Source: Vermamoeba vermiformis
Taxonomy: Eukaryota
Direction: 5' to 3'
NCBI GenBank assembly: GCA_045837725.1
Contig: JBEWZL010000101.1
Span: forward strand, 62,001 to 126,000
Length of the DNA: 64,000 nucleotides
Part shown: one piece after another, positions 29,743 through 42,694 of the stretch
Layout of the letters: the number at the start of each line of letters is the position of its first letter
Numbering within the stretch: the stretch's first letter is position 1
Position numbers and translations under genes: made by a program
The notes under the pieces: generated by a model
The model's input: the letters and a program-made list of their open reading frames with translations, nothing else
The model's database searches: none
Told to the model about the DNA's origin: nothing

Positions 29743-30913
29743 TTAAAGTAGTATACAGAATGCAGCAATGAGAACATAGAAGCAACCAGTGGTAGTCATT
29801 GCGGACGACGTAAGAGTTAGTCTTTCAGGCCTCGGACGACTGCCGGGCACTCGAACAGGAGGACTAACAGGCACAACCACCGCCGTACATCCCTCGCTCT
29901 CGTAAGGATTCCCTTGAAGTCCTTCGTTGCACGTGCATTTAAAGCCTCCTATCGTGTTGTTACAGAAAGCGTTCGATCCGCAAGTCGAGTTACTAGCCAA
30001 GCACTCATCGACATCTACAAAGCATATATTAGGTATATTAAGTTAACTAACGTCTTATAGTTACCTTCACAGCCGTTAGGGCCCATTCCATCGCCGATGA
30101 AACCTGGATTGCAAGTGCAATTGAACCCTCCGTTTGCATTGACACATGTGGCCGAAGAGCTGCAGGGATTAGTCTCGCACTCATTTATGTCTGTAGTAGA
30201 CGTCAGTTACTGCGGAATAATAACAAAGATCTTGTGTCCATACCTTTACATTCTCCGTCGATGTCGCGGAAAAATCCATCTTTGCAGTAGTAAAACGTCC
30301 ATTGAATGTCGTCCATTACATTAATGGCGTTTGTAATAACAACACTATAGATAGGCGTCCTCGAGGAGAACCCAAGAACAGTGTAGTTGTTGACAGCACC
30401 AGCCATCATCGGGATATTTGTTGTTGAAATTTCATTGCCGTTCATATCCAAAATTTGAATTATTGATTTGGTGCGATTCAAATCCTCTGTAGATACGACT
30501 TCTGTATTGACTCTTGCCGCGAATTGTGCAATAGGTTCTTTAAAATATAGCGTGCAATTATCCCCTTCAGAGTAGTAGCCGGATCCGATAAAATAACCCG
30601 GAAAAGTTTGATTGTTGCTGTCTGGCCAAGCCTTGCTACCATCCCATCGTGCTTCCATCAATGTAAATGCCTTGCTTATCGTGCACAAGAAGCCTCGGAG
30701 CGTAAACACTTGTTGCCGCTCCTCTACGGTAATGTTCATGGAGAATCCGCCAAGTGGAATGTACCAGGGCAATTTAGGGAGTTCCAAATCATCTAAAGTG
30801 ATAGTATTGTCGATGTAATTTGGTGGCTCTGTTAGGATTGTCACGTTTGCTGCGGCATCCGCGAGGACCATTGGCAAAAAATAGAAGCAAACGAGTACAA
30901 AGACAATCTTCAT
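29743..30913 (-). CDS. Secreted/GPI-anchored protein with calcium-binding EGF-like repeats
   Basis: Signal peptide MKIVFVLVCFYFLPMVLA; DINECETNPCSSSATCVNANGGFNCTCNPGF and DVDECLASNSTCGSNAFCNNTIGGFKCTCNEG; hydrophobic C-terminal tail. Confidence 0.85.
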
Positions 30914-31953
30914 CGCAAATTTTCTTGTTTCGTGGTGTTTATGCTTAGAAGATCTTTGTAAATGTAAAATGAACTAATTTAAATCGCTCTATTTGGGTAA
31001 AAAGATTGTGTTTGGATGTCATTTGTCAGGTTGCGTGATTACGCGGTAATTTAGTTGGTACGCCATCCCGAGCAAGTGCACACTATAAATTGTGATGAAT
31101 CCGTAGTCAAGGAAAGTGACTGACGGGTAATTACCTTTTTAGTGCACTGGTATTTATTACAAAATTAGTATTATTAGTATAATCTGATCACGTTGTGGTA
31201 CTTCAGAATTTAACATGACCAGCCACAAAGCCCAGAGAATGTCATTCTCAATACGGCATTTGTTCAAAGTCCACCCGTAATTTGAACAAATTCATTGTAT
31301 TTACCTGTTCCATGATTGTTTGATATATTGTTTGAGGTTGTTCATTGAAACGATATCTTTTTTGAAACAGCGCACATCCATTTTGTTCCACAACCCTACC
31401 AAACACCAACACCTTGAGCGCCTTGCTAGAAAAACCTTCATCGTTTATTGTCCATCAAATCATTCATGTAGCGACGGGCTGAGGGCAAAAATGGAGCGGA
31501 GATGGCTGATCTGATCTTGCAATGACGCGGCGATGGAGTAAGTTTTAATACTCACTTTAGAATTCCAATTTTTTGTTAAGGCGTACTCTGATATTCTGAA
31601 AGTTTAGAAATTTAACTGTTAATTTATTTTATTTTTGAAAATTGTGGCGAATACCGAACGAAAAAAATTATGTTCCGAGTTTGTATTCAACTTTCCAAGA
31701 GTGTTTTGTTGAATCTCGCGATTAAAGGATTTTTGTTGCTTTTTTTTGCTGAATCTAATTTCAGGCCAGTTTCACAGCAGATTTCGCATAAAATTATGAA
31801 CCGGCAAGCGCACAAAGAGCGAAAATAACAACAGAGTGATATTTCAACTAACCTTGCATTACGATTGTGCTCCAATCGGCACTATAAATCACCTTGTTGT
31901 CCTTTGTAACGAATAAGACTGTCTAGATCAGACACAACAGAAGAATCCAAACA

Positions 31954-34514
31954 ATGAATTTAAAGTCTCTACTCTCTATCGTAGCCTTTGCTACACTATT
32001 GACCTATATCTCAGCGCATCCAGTTTGCGCAATCAATGATCCAAGCGAAGAACTTCGTTTTCCAACTGTGGTAAGTCCCCGCTAAATTTTTGAATTTTAA
32101 TAATAATTACTATTTATATTAATCACATCGGCATCATATTCATCGTAATTAGCTCATTACTAACGCAACTTTATGATTTTAATAGCCTCAGCCGGCCTTG
32201 TCTTTCTGCAATGGTTTTAACAACTGGCCGGGGTCATGCTGCAATAAAGACACTGAATTGACTGATGCCCGAGACCCCCTCAATAGCTTAGTTAGCCAAG
32301 CTTTATATCCTGCTTGCTACGCTCAGCTCAAGGCCGTCTATTGCTCGTGGTGCGATCCGTGGGCCGGACACATTTACGGCAGCGAAGAAACTTCAACTGC
32401 GACGCCTTATCCCATGCTCTGCAATGCCTATTGCAATAGGTATGTTCCGAGCATAATCTAACTAATCCTTTATTTGCAAAGTCAATCAACAAACGATTTC
32501 GGAGTGGATGTACTAATGATTTTTCGTAGAATGTTCGATGCTTGCGCCGATGTTCCATTGAATCAAGCTTATGGTCGCCGTGTTGGTGGTATTCCCGCAG
32601 GCACTGGTATGTACAATCAGCTTAAATTCTTATTCATCGAAAGAATTTTTTCTGATCTGGAATTCGGGTCTATTTTAGGAAGCGTTACGTTGAGATCGCT
32701 CTTCCCTACTGCTACTGACTACTGCAATGTCTATTCGACTAACTCAAGTTTGTACTGCTTGACTGATAACCCCAGCGAAGTTCAACAACCCGATGCCCAG
32801 ATGCCGGCTACTTCTTACCCCGTTGAGCCTGCTTTCCCTAAATTAAAACTCAACGACCCTTTCTTATTAACTGACCCTAATTTGAGAAACCATCTCGTTC
32901 AAGTCTTGCCTGTTCCCGGATCCAACTACCTCGCTGCTTCTTTGCAACACGGCATTATCGTTATCTTCGATAACAACTACGATGTTGATAGTTACAATAT
33001 CTTCCTTGATATCCGCAGCCGCACTGTAAGTTCATTATTTAATTCTTAATTGTTCGCGTACTGGATCTGACTTTGAAATTTATAGTCTTACTCTGAACCC
33101 ACTGAAAACGGTCTTCATGGCCTTGCCTTCCATCCTAACTTTGCTAACAACGGTCACATCTACGTCAAGTGGAACGACGGCCCGAACGACATTGTGATCT
33201 CCAGATTTACCGCAAATGCCGCCAGAACAGCCATTCTCCCTGAAACTGAAGTCAACTACTTCAAGTTCCCCAAGTCTAGTCTCATTCACAATGGTGGCTC
33301 TCCTATTTTCGGTGAAGACGGTTACCTTTACATCCCGGTCGGTGACGGCATCTCGTTCACTGAAAACTTTGTGCCTTACAATACTGCTCCTGATAAGGCT
33401 AAGCCTAACGGCAAAGTGCTCAGAATTGATGTCGATAATGTCCCTCAAGGTGCAGCTTACGGTATTCCTCAAGACAATCCTTTCATCAACACTCCTGGTG
33501 CCTTGCCCGAGATCTACGCTTATGGCTTGAGAAACCCTTGGACTCTTGTCTATGATAATCAAACGTAAGTAATAATGTTGAAATCTAGGTCCTATTCGAA
33601 CATCATTCGATCGGTGAGTCTTTGTACCGGATGCTAATTGAAGTTTCATTTAGAAAACTTTGGTTTATTGGTGATGTTGGTCAAGCGACTTGGGAAGAGA
33701 TCGATGTTTTACGTAAAGGAAAGAACTACGGATGGTACGTTATAACTCGAGAGAAAATGAAAGAAATTTCTAAATTTCTTTTTGGATGCGATCTAAAATT
33801 TGACTAAAAATAGCTGAATCGCAATAAAAACAACATAATTATGCTCTTTAATAGGTTAAAATTCTAAATTTACTATTTTCTAGGCACAAGAAAGAAGCTT
33901 TTAACTGCTACTACCCCGGCGATCAGGATTGCGTTGTTGAAAATGAAGAACTGCCTATCTTCGCTTACCCTCACGAAGAAACCTTATGTACCACTAAGCC
34001 TTGTGCATTCGGCACTGCAGTCATCGTCGGCGGTGTTTACCGTGGCGATCGAGTCCCTTCGCTCAGAGGTCAACTCATCTTCTCAGATTTCGAAAAGACG
34101 ACCACTTACGCCATGCAATTCAACCCCACAAACCCTAAGCAGAACGTAGTCTACAGATTGGACCTCCAAGGACAAGATTTTCCAATCAACATTGCTGGAT
34201 TCGGTCACGATCACGCCGGTCAGATGTACATTTTGAACTGGTACCAAGCCAATATTATGCGCTTCAAGGCAGAGACCGTCAAACCTCCTACGACTATCCC
34301 TCCAGTCGCATTCCCCACCGAACCCATCGCTGATGCTGTCCCTACATCCGCTACACCAATTACCAGCAATCCCACCTCGCCTATTCCCGTTGTACCGAGC
34401 ACTATTACCACTCCAGGCACTCAATCCAACGAAGTCAGTCTTGCTACCCGCGATAGATTCGATCCTCGCATCTTAGGCTTGGCTGCTGCCGCTGCTTTGT
34501 TTTACTTTGCTTAA
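31954..34514 (+). CDS. HHIP/HIPL1-like protein (Cys-rich folate-receptor-like domain + glucose/sorbosone dehydrogenase propeller), probably GPI-anchored
   Basis: Signal peptide then HPVCA, SCC, CDPWAGH, PMLCNAYC; GLHGLAFHPNF, HNGGSPIFGEDGYLYI.VGDG, GKVLRIDVD, YGIPQDNPF, PEIYAYGLRNPW, GDVGQATWEEID...GKNYGW; Pro/Thr stalk and hydrophobic tail. Confidence 0.9.
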
Positions 34515-34743
34515 AGCGTGCAGATCCGGCTTTCCCACAATGTAAACATGACATGTACATATGTTAATTCCCAACCTACCTATTTATTTCACATAAACTA
34601 CTTTTATAACATGGCGTAAAGAGTTATTTTATTTTTGACTTACCAGGGATTTAACACAAACTTCGGCATTGATTGACCACCAAACGGAAGATTCCTTATT
34701 ATGTTAGCGGTAGACTAGGCAAATCCACACAGCAATAGAGAGC

Positions 34744-35894
34744 ATGCAAGAGCGAGTAAGGATAATTTAGAAATTATTTTAAAGATACCCCAGATTGCAG
34801 AATTATTATTTTCAAAATATACGATAATTATTGAGATAGAATTACTACTGTCGTCTTATTAATTTTATGAGGGTTGCGAAATTGTCGACGATCTGGAGAG
34901 GCTCTGCCAGCTACTTTTTGAAGTCGAAGCTCCTTATATTATCAATATGACCAGCCTTGATTTGCGCGAGGCAGAGGTGGATTATGATCCATACAACGAA
35001 GACCAGATTCGCTCAGTGAACTTTTTTGTGGATGCGATAAGAAATTGTACCTCACTTCGTCACCTCGATTTATCGTATAAAACCAGCCTAACAGGTCACT
35101 TCACTCGTCAAAATTTATGGCAAAGATTATTTGAAGTCAATGGCAAAAATCTAACGGGCTTGATCCTCTCTGGCTGTTACGAGCTGACTGCAGGACCCGA
35201 CTTTTGTGCCGCGCTATCAAAATTACCCAATTTGGAGCACTTAGAGCTAAGCTGCTGTGATTTACAATCGAACAATTGCCGAGAGATCCTCGAGCGCCTA
35301 TTAACCAACAATCACCGTTTGGTCACGCTGGATCTATCAAGAAACACTTTGAATAAGAAGCCTGAAAGATATTTTGATAGCTGTTTGCGGGAAAAACCAC
35401 AGCCACCAGTTACGGATATATTATGCAAATTAATCTCTACGACAACTACTTTAAGAACGCTGGATCTGTCTGGAAACTCAAATATCAGCCTTTCAGACCG
35501 CATGGCGATGCACAAGGCATTAAAAACGAATTCATCGATTACGGAACTTAACGTTCAGCGCACTGAAGTGCCGTTCAACGAGACTCCATCCAGTCACAAC
35601 ATGATCTTCTCCGCTGGAATGGAAAATAAGCGTCAAATCTTATTGGTACGACAGTCTTTGCTAGAATTGATGGTACAAATATGCATTAAAAGTAGCTCGT
35701 GGCTCCTTCCTTGCGAGATCTGGAAGATCGTGTTCACGCACCTCGATTTGCCCACGCTGAAACGTAGCTACAGTGCATTGGAGATATTCAATAATATATG
35801 GACACTCAAAGACCAGTTGTATAATGCGGTGGCACGGAGATTGAGCTTTTCTGAAGCCACTGGCGGCAAATGGGTGAAAATTAAGCAGCTGTGA
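34744..35894 (+). CDS. RNI-like leucine-rich repeat protein with C-terminal F-box-like motif (start uncertain; main ORF 34947-35894)
   Basis: LRHLDLSY, LTGLILSGC, LEHLELSCC, LVTLDLSRN, LRTLDLSGN; C-terminal LLPCEIWKIVFTHLD; possible micro-exon MQER at 34744. Confidence 0.75.
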
Positions 35895-36396
35895 AATAGT
35901 CATCATTAAATGGATAATAGTACTGCTAATAATGGCCATGGCCAGTATACTTTTCGAAGGCATGCGGTTGTCGACACAACGAGATTTGGAGTTGGATCAC
36001 ATCACCAATGCCGTCCAATGTATGTCATAACCGACACGGACGAAAAATTTTGACTATGCAACGACTTAGATATTATTAGAATCGTATTTTTCTCTTTAAG
36101 TAGTTTTCTCGAGCTTCAAATAATTGTTTCGATCCAGAAATTTTACAAATTTTTGTAATTTTCAGCTTCTAATGCTAAAAAATATTTCGATGATTTGTGG
36201 TCAAAGGTTCACACGGCGTTCTTTTAATAAAAAACAGGAGTACTAGATTCGGTTAATAGATCAACCTCTCGTGTGCTCCGTTGCTCTGAATCACGAAAAA
36301 CACAAAAAAATATACTCGTATCGGTTAGTGCACACTATTCGTACTAGGCGGCGGTTTCGAATTTGCAACTAGAACTGTGTAGAAGAGCAGATCTGA

Positions 36397-36408
36397 TGAC
36401 ACGTGTCA
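36397..36408. promoter_or_regulatory. Palindrome TGACACGTGTCA (intergenic, ~380 bp upstream of glucan synthase)
   Basis: Exact 12-mer. Confidence 0.6.
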
Positions 36409-36784
36409 CAACGCCTCGTAATAACTCTGTGTTGCAGCAATCAACCGCTAAAGTGCACGCGCGGGATTTGATGCATCTTACGGACTTTGAGACACTATAA
36501 CCGTGTTGCAACAATCATGAAGGATATTAAACTGAAAACTCGGATAAAATTGATCGATTTGATTTTCATTGCACAGTTTATTTTAAAAGATTCACAGAAC
36601 GAATGAATTCTGTTGTAAAACTCGATAAACATTCAGTTTTGTAGTTTGCCGCATGTTGACGAGTTATAAAAGAGCCAAATTTTTGATTTAATCAGATTTT
36701 ATTAACCAACAGCGCACAAGGACCAATTAGATCTTCGCTCTTTGAACCTGATTCGGACTTTGCATTGCGTAAATAATTAATATA

Positions 36785-39700
36785 ATGTCTGACAAAGAAG
36801 AAGTCCCTCAACAACCGGCCTCCCACTCGACCAATGAAAGCGATCCGTCGAAGGAGGTAGAGATGGACCACGTTCCTCCTGTTGCAGACGGCCACAGACT
36901 CACTGCTGCTATTGGCGACAACCACAGCACTAGTGAAGAAGGGTCACATAAGGAAGGAATTTTTTCTAGCTCAGATGAGCTGAAGGAAAGAAAAAAGAAG
37001 AACAGAGAATCCGTCGCGTCGAATAGCCAATTCGAAAAGCCCAATCTCAAGACTCTTTTCAACCGAGAAAATGGCCAGCCTATCGAGGAGAATACCAAGA
37101 AAGGCCGTCCTCCCGTTCCCGGCAAACTTTACGACGATGATGTTAGACAGATCATAGATGTGCAATATAAGCTCATGCGCCAGACACTCAAGGGCGAGGA
37201 CATCTACGCAAACGAGGTGGCTATGGAATTTTTGGACGGATATTTGTGCTGGACAGAGCGCAATGACCCGAAGAAATTAGATGAGTCGATCAGAAGAATC
37301 AATGAAGCCCCCATGCACTGTCTTCTGCTTTTCAAGACTATTTACGCAGTTTGCGAACAAATTTCACACGCTGGCGATCGTCTGAGTCAGATCTATCACC
37401 AGGAACTCTACAAGAAAGAGCCCTATGGTCGTCTGAATGACCTCGTGACTGAAAAACTCGACGATATTGCTAACGGAAGCAAAAGCCGAAAGAATTATGA
37501 CAAGGTAAAGATTTCAAAACATAATATACGTTAGAATACTGAAATTAAAACTAAATCAGCACGTCGGATCGGAATTTCGGAGATTTATTTTGAGTGTGCC
37601 AAATGACTGATAAGCTATTCTTAATAGGAAGCCGGCGCTGACATAAGACAGACTTATCACCGCGGTTTGGACGAGCTTAAAACACATCAAGTAAGTTTAA
37701 AAAATTACTATTTTTGTGGTCTCAAAGTTTAAATGTACCATTTCGCAATTATACCAACGCAACGCAGTGGAAAATATGTGACTAACAAGCGCATTTATCA
37801 GGTTAATTTCGACGATATTGCGGATACCGCGCGCATTAACCAAAACAAGCCAATTAAGACTTTCCGCGAGCCTGAAAGTGTTTGGTCGTACATTGTTACG
37901 CTAAGAAACTATTGGTCAATTATTCAGTTCAATGGATTGATGATTTTCTGCATTTGGTGGTGGTTGCAGCCCGAAGACATCACGTTAATGATGTTGGCCT
38001 ATTTTGAAGGCGCATCTATGTTCGTTGGACTTTTGCTCGATTTCTCCTCTCGTATTTATGTGTATAGGTAAGTTATTGTTGAATTCTCGATACCCCAGAT
38101 ATTCGAATCAAATTTAATCAAATTTCAGTGGATTTGAGAAAACTAACGTGTTTTTCTGAATTATTATAGAGGCTCACCTTATCGCCTTGGTTTCTTCGGC
38201 TGGCCAGGCTGGATGGTCTTCTTCCACTGGCTCATATTCGTGATTTCATTGGCTTACTTCCCTGTTCTGATTGTAATCCCAATGTTGTCAGCGGATTTGT
38301 TCAAAGGCGAGCCACCAATCATTCTGATTGCTATCGTGTGCGGTGTCTTCTTAATTCGTTGGATCTACAATATCCTCCTAGTTTTGAAGTTCCCGTACAT
38401 CGCCAAGGGTCATCTCAAGCAATCTCGTCCGCCTTTGGGACAACGCGTTAAGCGAGGTACGTTCTGCGCCGTTAAAAATAACCACCGTACTCGAATACTA
38501 ACGAACATATTACTCTTAGGTCTGTTGATGTTGGGCTACTTCCTCATCACAATCGCCATCATGGTGATCTTGATCCGCTGGTTCATTTTGCCCACTCTCC
38601 AAAACTCCTCGTTCTGGAAGGTCTGCACCACTCAGCGCTCAAGCCTCGACTCTGCGTACATTCTTTGCGTCATGGGCACGACCTCTTTGTGGTTGCCTAT
38701 TTTGGCTACTGTCCTTATTTTGAACTACGTAAGTACTTGACACGTGTCAACAATATCCGAACGGAATTCTAACGAATTCTTTAACAGATTGCCCATACCT
38801 TGGTGCTCTCTATCATCGGCTCCGTGATGGCTCAGTCGAAGGGCATTGGTGAGTTCAGAGGCGAGAACTACGCCGTTCAAACTGCACTCAGCAAGCTCGA
38901 TCGCATGGTCGAATCTACCAAAGAAATCTACGACGCCAAGATTGCCCACCACGGCGAAAAGCAACGTGACGACGCCGGCAAGACGATCAAGCCGCAAATG
39001 TTCCACTTCACGATGAAGAAACAAGACAGCTTCGTGTATCAGACTCAAAAGTACAACAGCGCCACGCACATCTGGTGGCACATTATGTACGATCTCGTGG
39101 AGACTGATATGATCAACGAGGAACAAGCTTGGAACTCTCTCTTCCGCGAAAAGATGTACAGCATCGACTTGCCCAATGAACCCGAAAAGGCCATTCGCTT
39201 CTTCTTGAGTTCGTTGTCCAAGATCCACACCAGCGAAGTCACCAGCGTCGATTTGGACCGATTGCCTTCATTGTCCATGTTGATCCCGACGTACTCTGAA
39301 GCCTTGTTGTTCACTGAAAACTACCTCCGCAACACTACCGACAAGAAGATTAGCAACATTGAATTCTTGGCCAAGAAGTACAAGAACGAGTGGAAGAATT
39401 TCACTGAACGTATGGCTGCGACTTACAAGATCCCCAACGACCCTGACTGGATGTTGCAAAACTTCTTGCACCCACCAAAGGACGCCACTGACAAGAAGTT
39501 CTCCAAGAAGCTCGACGAAGAAGTCATGTTCTGGGCCTCTTTGCGCGGTCAAACCGTCTATAGAACCATTCGTGGCGCTCACTGCTACAGAACTGCTCTC
39601 GAGCTCTTGTTCCACGACTGCTTGCCCGACGCTGACTTCGAAGCTCTTCAAAAGAAGGTCGACGAGAAGCTGCAAATCATCTTGGCTCACCAATTGTTCG

Positions 39701-42324
39701 GTGACCCTGCCCAACACCCAAACTTAGCCCGTGAAACCAAGCTGATGATGAGAAAGTTCACTCACGGCTGCCACAAGATGTGCCCGTTGGCCGAGTGCCC
39801 CTTGAAGAAGGACCGCAAGTGCCCCATTGACTTGGTCTTCGATTGGGACTCCAACAAGATCTCCTCGTTGGAAGCTAGACGCGCTAAGCTCGAAGAAAGA
39901 AGAAAGACCGAGAACATCAGCTACTACTGGGAATCTGTTCTTCAACAAACCAACTCTTCCATTGAGATCGGCAAGAAGCTCGCAAGCATGATTAACTCGC
40001 CGGGCCAGTTCTCTTCAGTCTTGGCTGTCTACGACGAAACTGTCAAGAACTCCATCAACCCCGCCATGTACAAGTCCGTTGAGAACATTGTCACCAAGAC
40101 TACCGCTGCCAAGGACGACGATGACGACGACATTTTGCCCTTCAGAATCAAGCACGTCATTCCTCGTTTGAACCCGCTCGTGTTGGCCGTGCAAGGCAGT
40201 CTCAAGTTCTCGCCCCCTGAGATCATTCAGGGTAAGGCCAGCAATCAGCGCAACGGTCTGCTCTTTGCATGGGGTACTGTCGTGCAAACTAAGGACGCCA
40301 ATCAAGGTGGTAATCTCGCCGAAGCTGTCAAGTTCCCCATCATTCTGCAACGCTTCTTGTGGAAGGCTGAACGACCTGCCATCATCGGTTTCAGAGAACG
40401 CGTGTTCACTGAACGCCAAGGCACCATTGCTCGATTCCAAGCCTACGCTGAGTGGTCTTTCGTCACCATCACGCAACGTGTGCTCTCATTGCTCGGAGTT
40501 CGTATGCATTACGGTCACCCTGACTTTTTCTATGCTCCATGGGTCTACTCTCGTGCAGCACTCAGCAAGGCCTCGCCACGATACAACTTGTCTGAAGATA
40601 TCTTTGCCGGCTACATGGCCTTCTTGCACGGCAAGCGCTCGACTCACACTGATCGTATTCAAGACGACAAGGGTCGTGACGTCTCTATCTCTTCGACTGC
40701 TGTCTTCACTGCCAAGTTGGCTCAAGGTGCTGCTTCGCAATTGAAGACTCGTGACTTGTTCGAGCTCAACTCTCGCTGCGACTTCATCACGCAATTCTTG
40801 CTCTACCAAGGTACTCTCGGCTTCTACTTGAGTACCACGCTGATGTTAAGCTCTGTCCAACTCTACGTCTTTGCCCTGTGGCTCTTCTCCTTGGCGCGAT
40901 TCTCTACTGAGAACTTGGGTAACTTGGAGTTGGCGTACAGCGTGCCCTGGTTGTTCCAGACTGGTAACTTCTTGCTCATTCCTTTGCTCTTGGAATCTGC
41001 CATCGAAGCTGGTGTTTGGAAGGCCTTCCGTGTGTTGATCGACGTGCCGTTGTCTATGTTCTTCTTCCTGTTCCAGAGTCAGACAACCAACTACAACTTC
41101 TGGCAGTCCTTCAGATTTGGTTTCGCACAGTACATGCCGACTGGTCGTAAGCTGGAGTTGTCGCACAAGTCCCTCACGGAGCTCTATCAACGTTTCGGTC
41201 GCTCTCACTTCTTCCCTGGTGTCGATTTGTTCCTCTACTGCATCGTGTACATCGTCACCACTAGCTCTCGCGAAGGTGGTATCTTGCCCCTGTTCGCCCC
41301 TGCCATCACCATCATCATTTTCTTGGCCGCTCCCGTCCTTTACGACGGCATGTTGACTTTGAAGGTCTTCTTGCGCGACATTCGTGGATTCGTCTCGTGG
41401 GTCTACACCAAGAAGTCCATCAACAAGGTCAAGGCCGAATGGAAGAAGCGCCGTCAATTCGAGCAGTTCTGGAAAGAGCACACTGGTGTTATTAACATTC
41501 CTTACAACCTCTTGCAAACTTACAACATCTTCAACGCTGTCGAAAGCATGCTCAAGACCACTTCGTCCGTCGACGTTGGCTTGGCCCTCTACAACCTCCT
41601 CAAGTCCTTCTTCTGGATGTTGATCGTCGTCAGTGTTCCGGGTCAATTGCGTGATGTCACCGTGCACGTGTTCTTGCTCGGCTTGATCTACGTCGTCTGG
41701 AGCTTCGTGCTTGCCTTGTTGACCACTCGCAAGGCCAACCGCGCTGCCAACATTGTTGTCTGGATCATTATGCTTGGTGTCATCGTCGCTTACGCCACCA
41801 TCATGAAGCTCTACATGTTTTACGACCACCTCTTCATTGGTGTCTTCATCGTGTTCAAGTTGTTTGCCGCCCTGACTTGGTTCGTGGTCTACCTCAAGGG
41901 TGCCGTCGCTAAGAACCGCGCCAACGCAGCCTTCAAACACTTAGAGTCTCAAAAGAAGAAAGGAAAGATTGACGATGCTACTTACAAGACCAACATGACC
42001 AAGACCAGAGACAGCCTCGAGAACTCGCTGATCGTGACTGTCTACTTCGGTGAATTGATAGAGAAGCCTTACTACAGCTTGTCTGTCACTCTCATTTTGC
42101 TTCCTTGCCACTTCTTGCTCGGTGCCTTCCTCCACATCCCGGGCTTGTCTGATCTTTTGCTCTACGGAATGCGCTTGCAAGACAAACGTCCTCCTCAAGT
42201 CGGCGGTGCTCTTGGTAACCCTTACCAGACTCCCACTCCTGAAGGAGATAACATCGAACAGTTCTTTGATGAAGACGACATTGGTGATTTTGGAGAGAAC
42301 TCGATGACGGGATCTTTTGTATAA
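36785..42324 (+). CDS. 1,3-beta-glucan synthase (GT48, FKS/callose synthase family)
   Basis: PSLSMLIPTYSE, WASLRGQTVYRTIRG, GKASNQ, QTKDANQ, IIGFRERVFT, RMHYGHPDF, SKASPRYNLSEDIFAG, KGRDV, AQYMPTGR, LYQRFGRSHF; multiple TM helices; ~3.5-kb terminal exon. Confidence 0.93.
38738..38749. promoter_or_regulatory. Palindrome TGACACGTGTCA (intronic)
   Basis: Exact 12-mer in the last intron of the glucan synthase gene. Confidence 0.6.
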
Positions 42325-42694
42325 AGAATAGCGCTGCGCACTAAATCGATGTAAATATAATTTTTAAGAACAAAAAATATTGTTCGCACCACGTTTCATA
42401 TTTATTCGAATAAATATAAATTTGAAATAATTAGCTTGTTCGATCTTCTCTATTCACTTCGATTTGATTAAAAGAGAACATACTAGCGGTGAGACTATAA
42501 AACGACAAGGTAGGAGCGTGGTATTATTGCTGTTTTGAAGCCAAAAACTGTGAGGTTAGACGTTAGCCGTTTCTTTTTTTGCTCTTGGCGCCAAAATTAT
42601 TCAAAAAGTTACCGTTACTCCGCGAACTGAAATTTGTTCTCGCTCGCTTTTTGTTCAGTTTGAACGTGCGTCTAATACAAGTAACACATAAGCA

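Noticed and set aside
31300-31600. Possible minus-strand exon remnants (KALKVLVFGRVVEQ...)
   Set aside because: No consistent start or spliced ORF and no recognisable homology
36315-36370. tRNA-like fragments (TATCGGTTAGT...GGTTTCGAAT)
   Set aside because: Could not fold an acceptor or T stem; no cloverleaf
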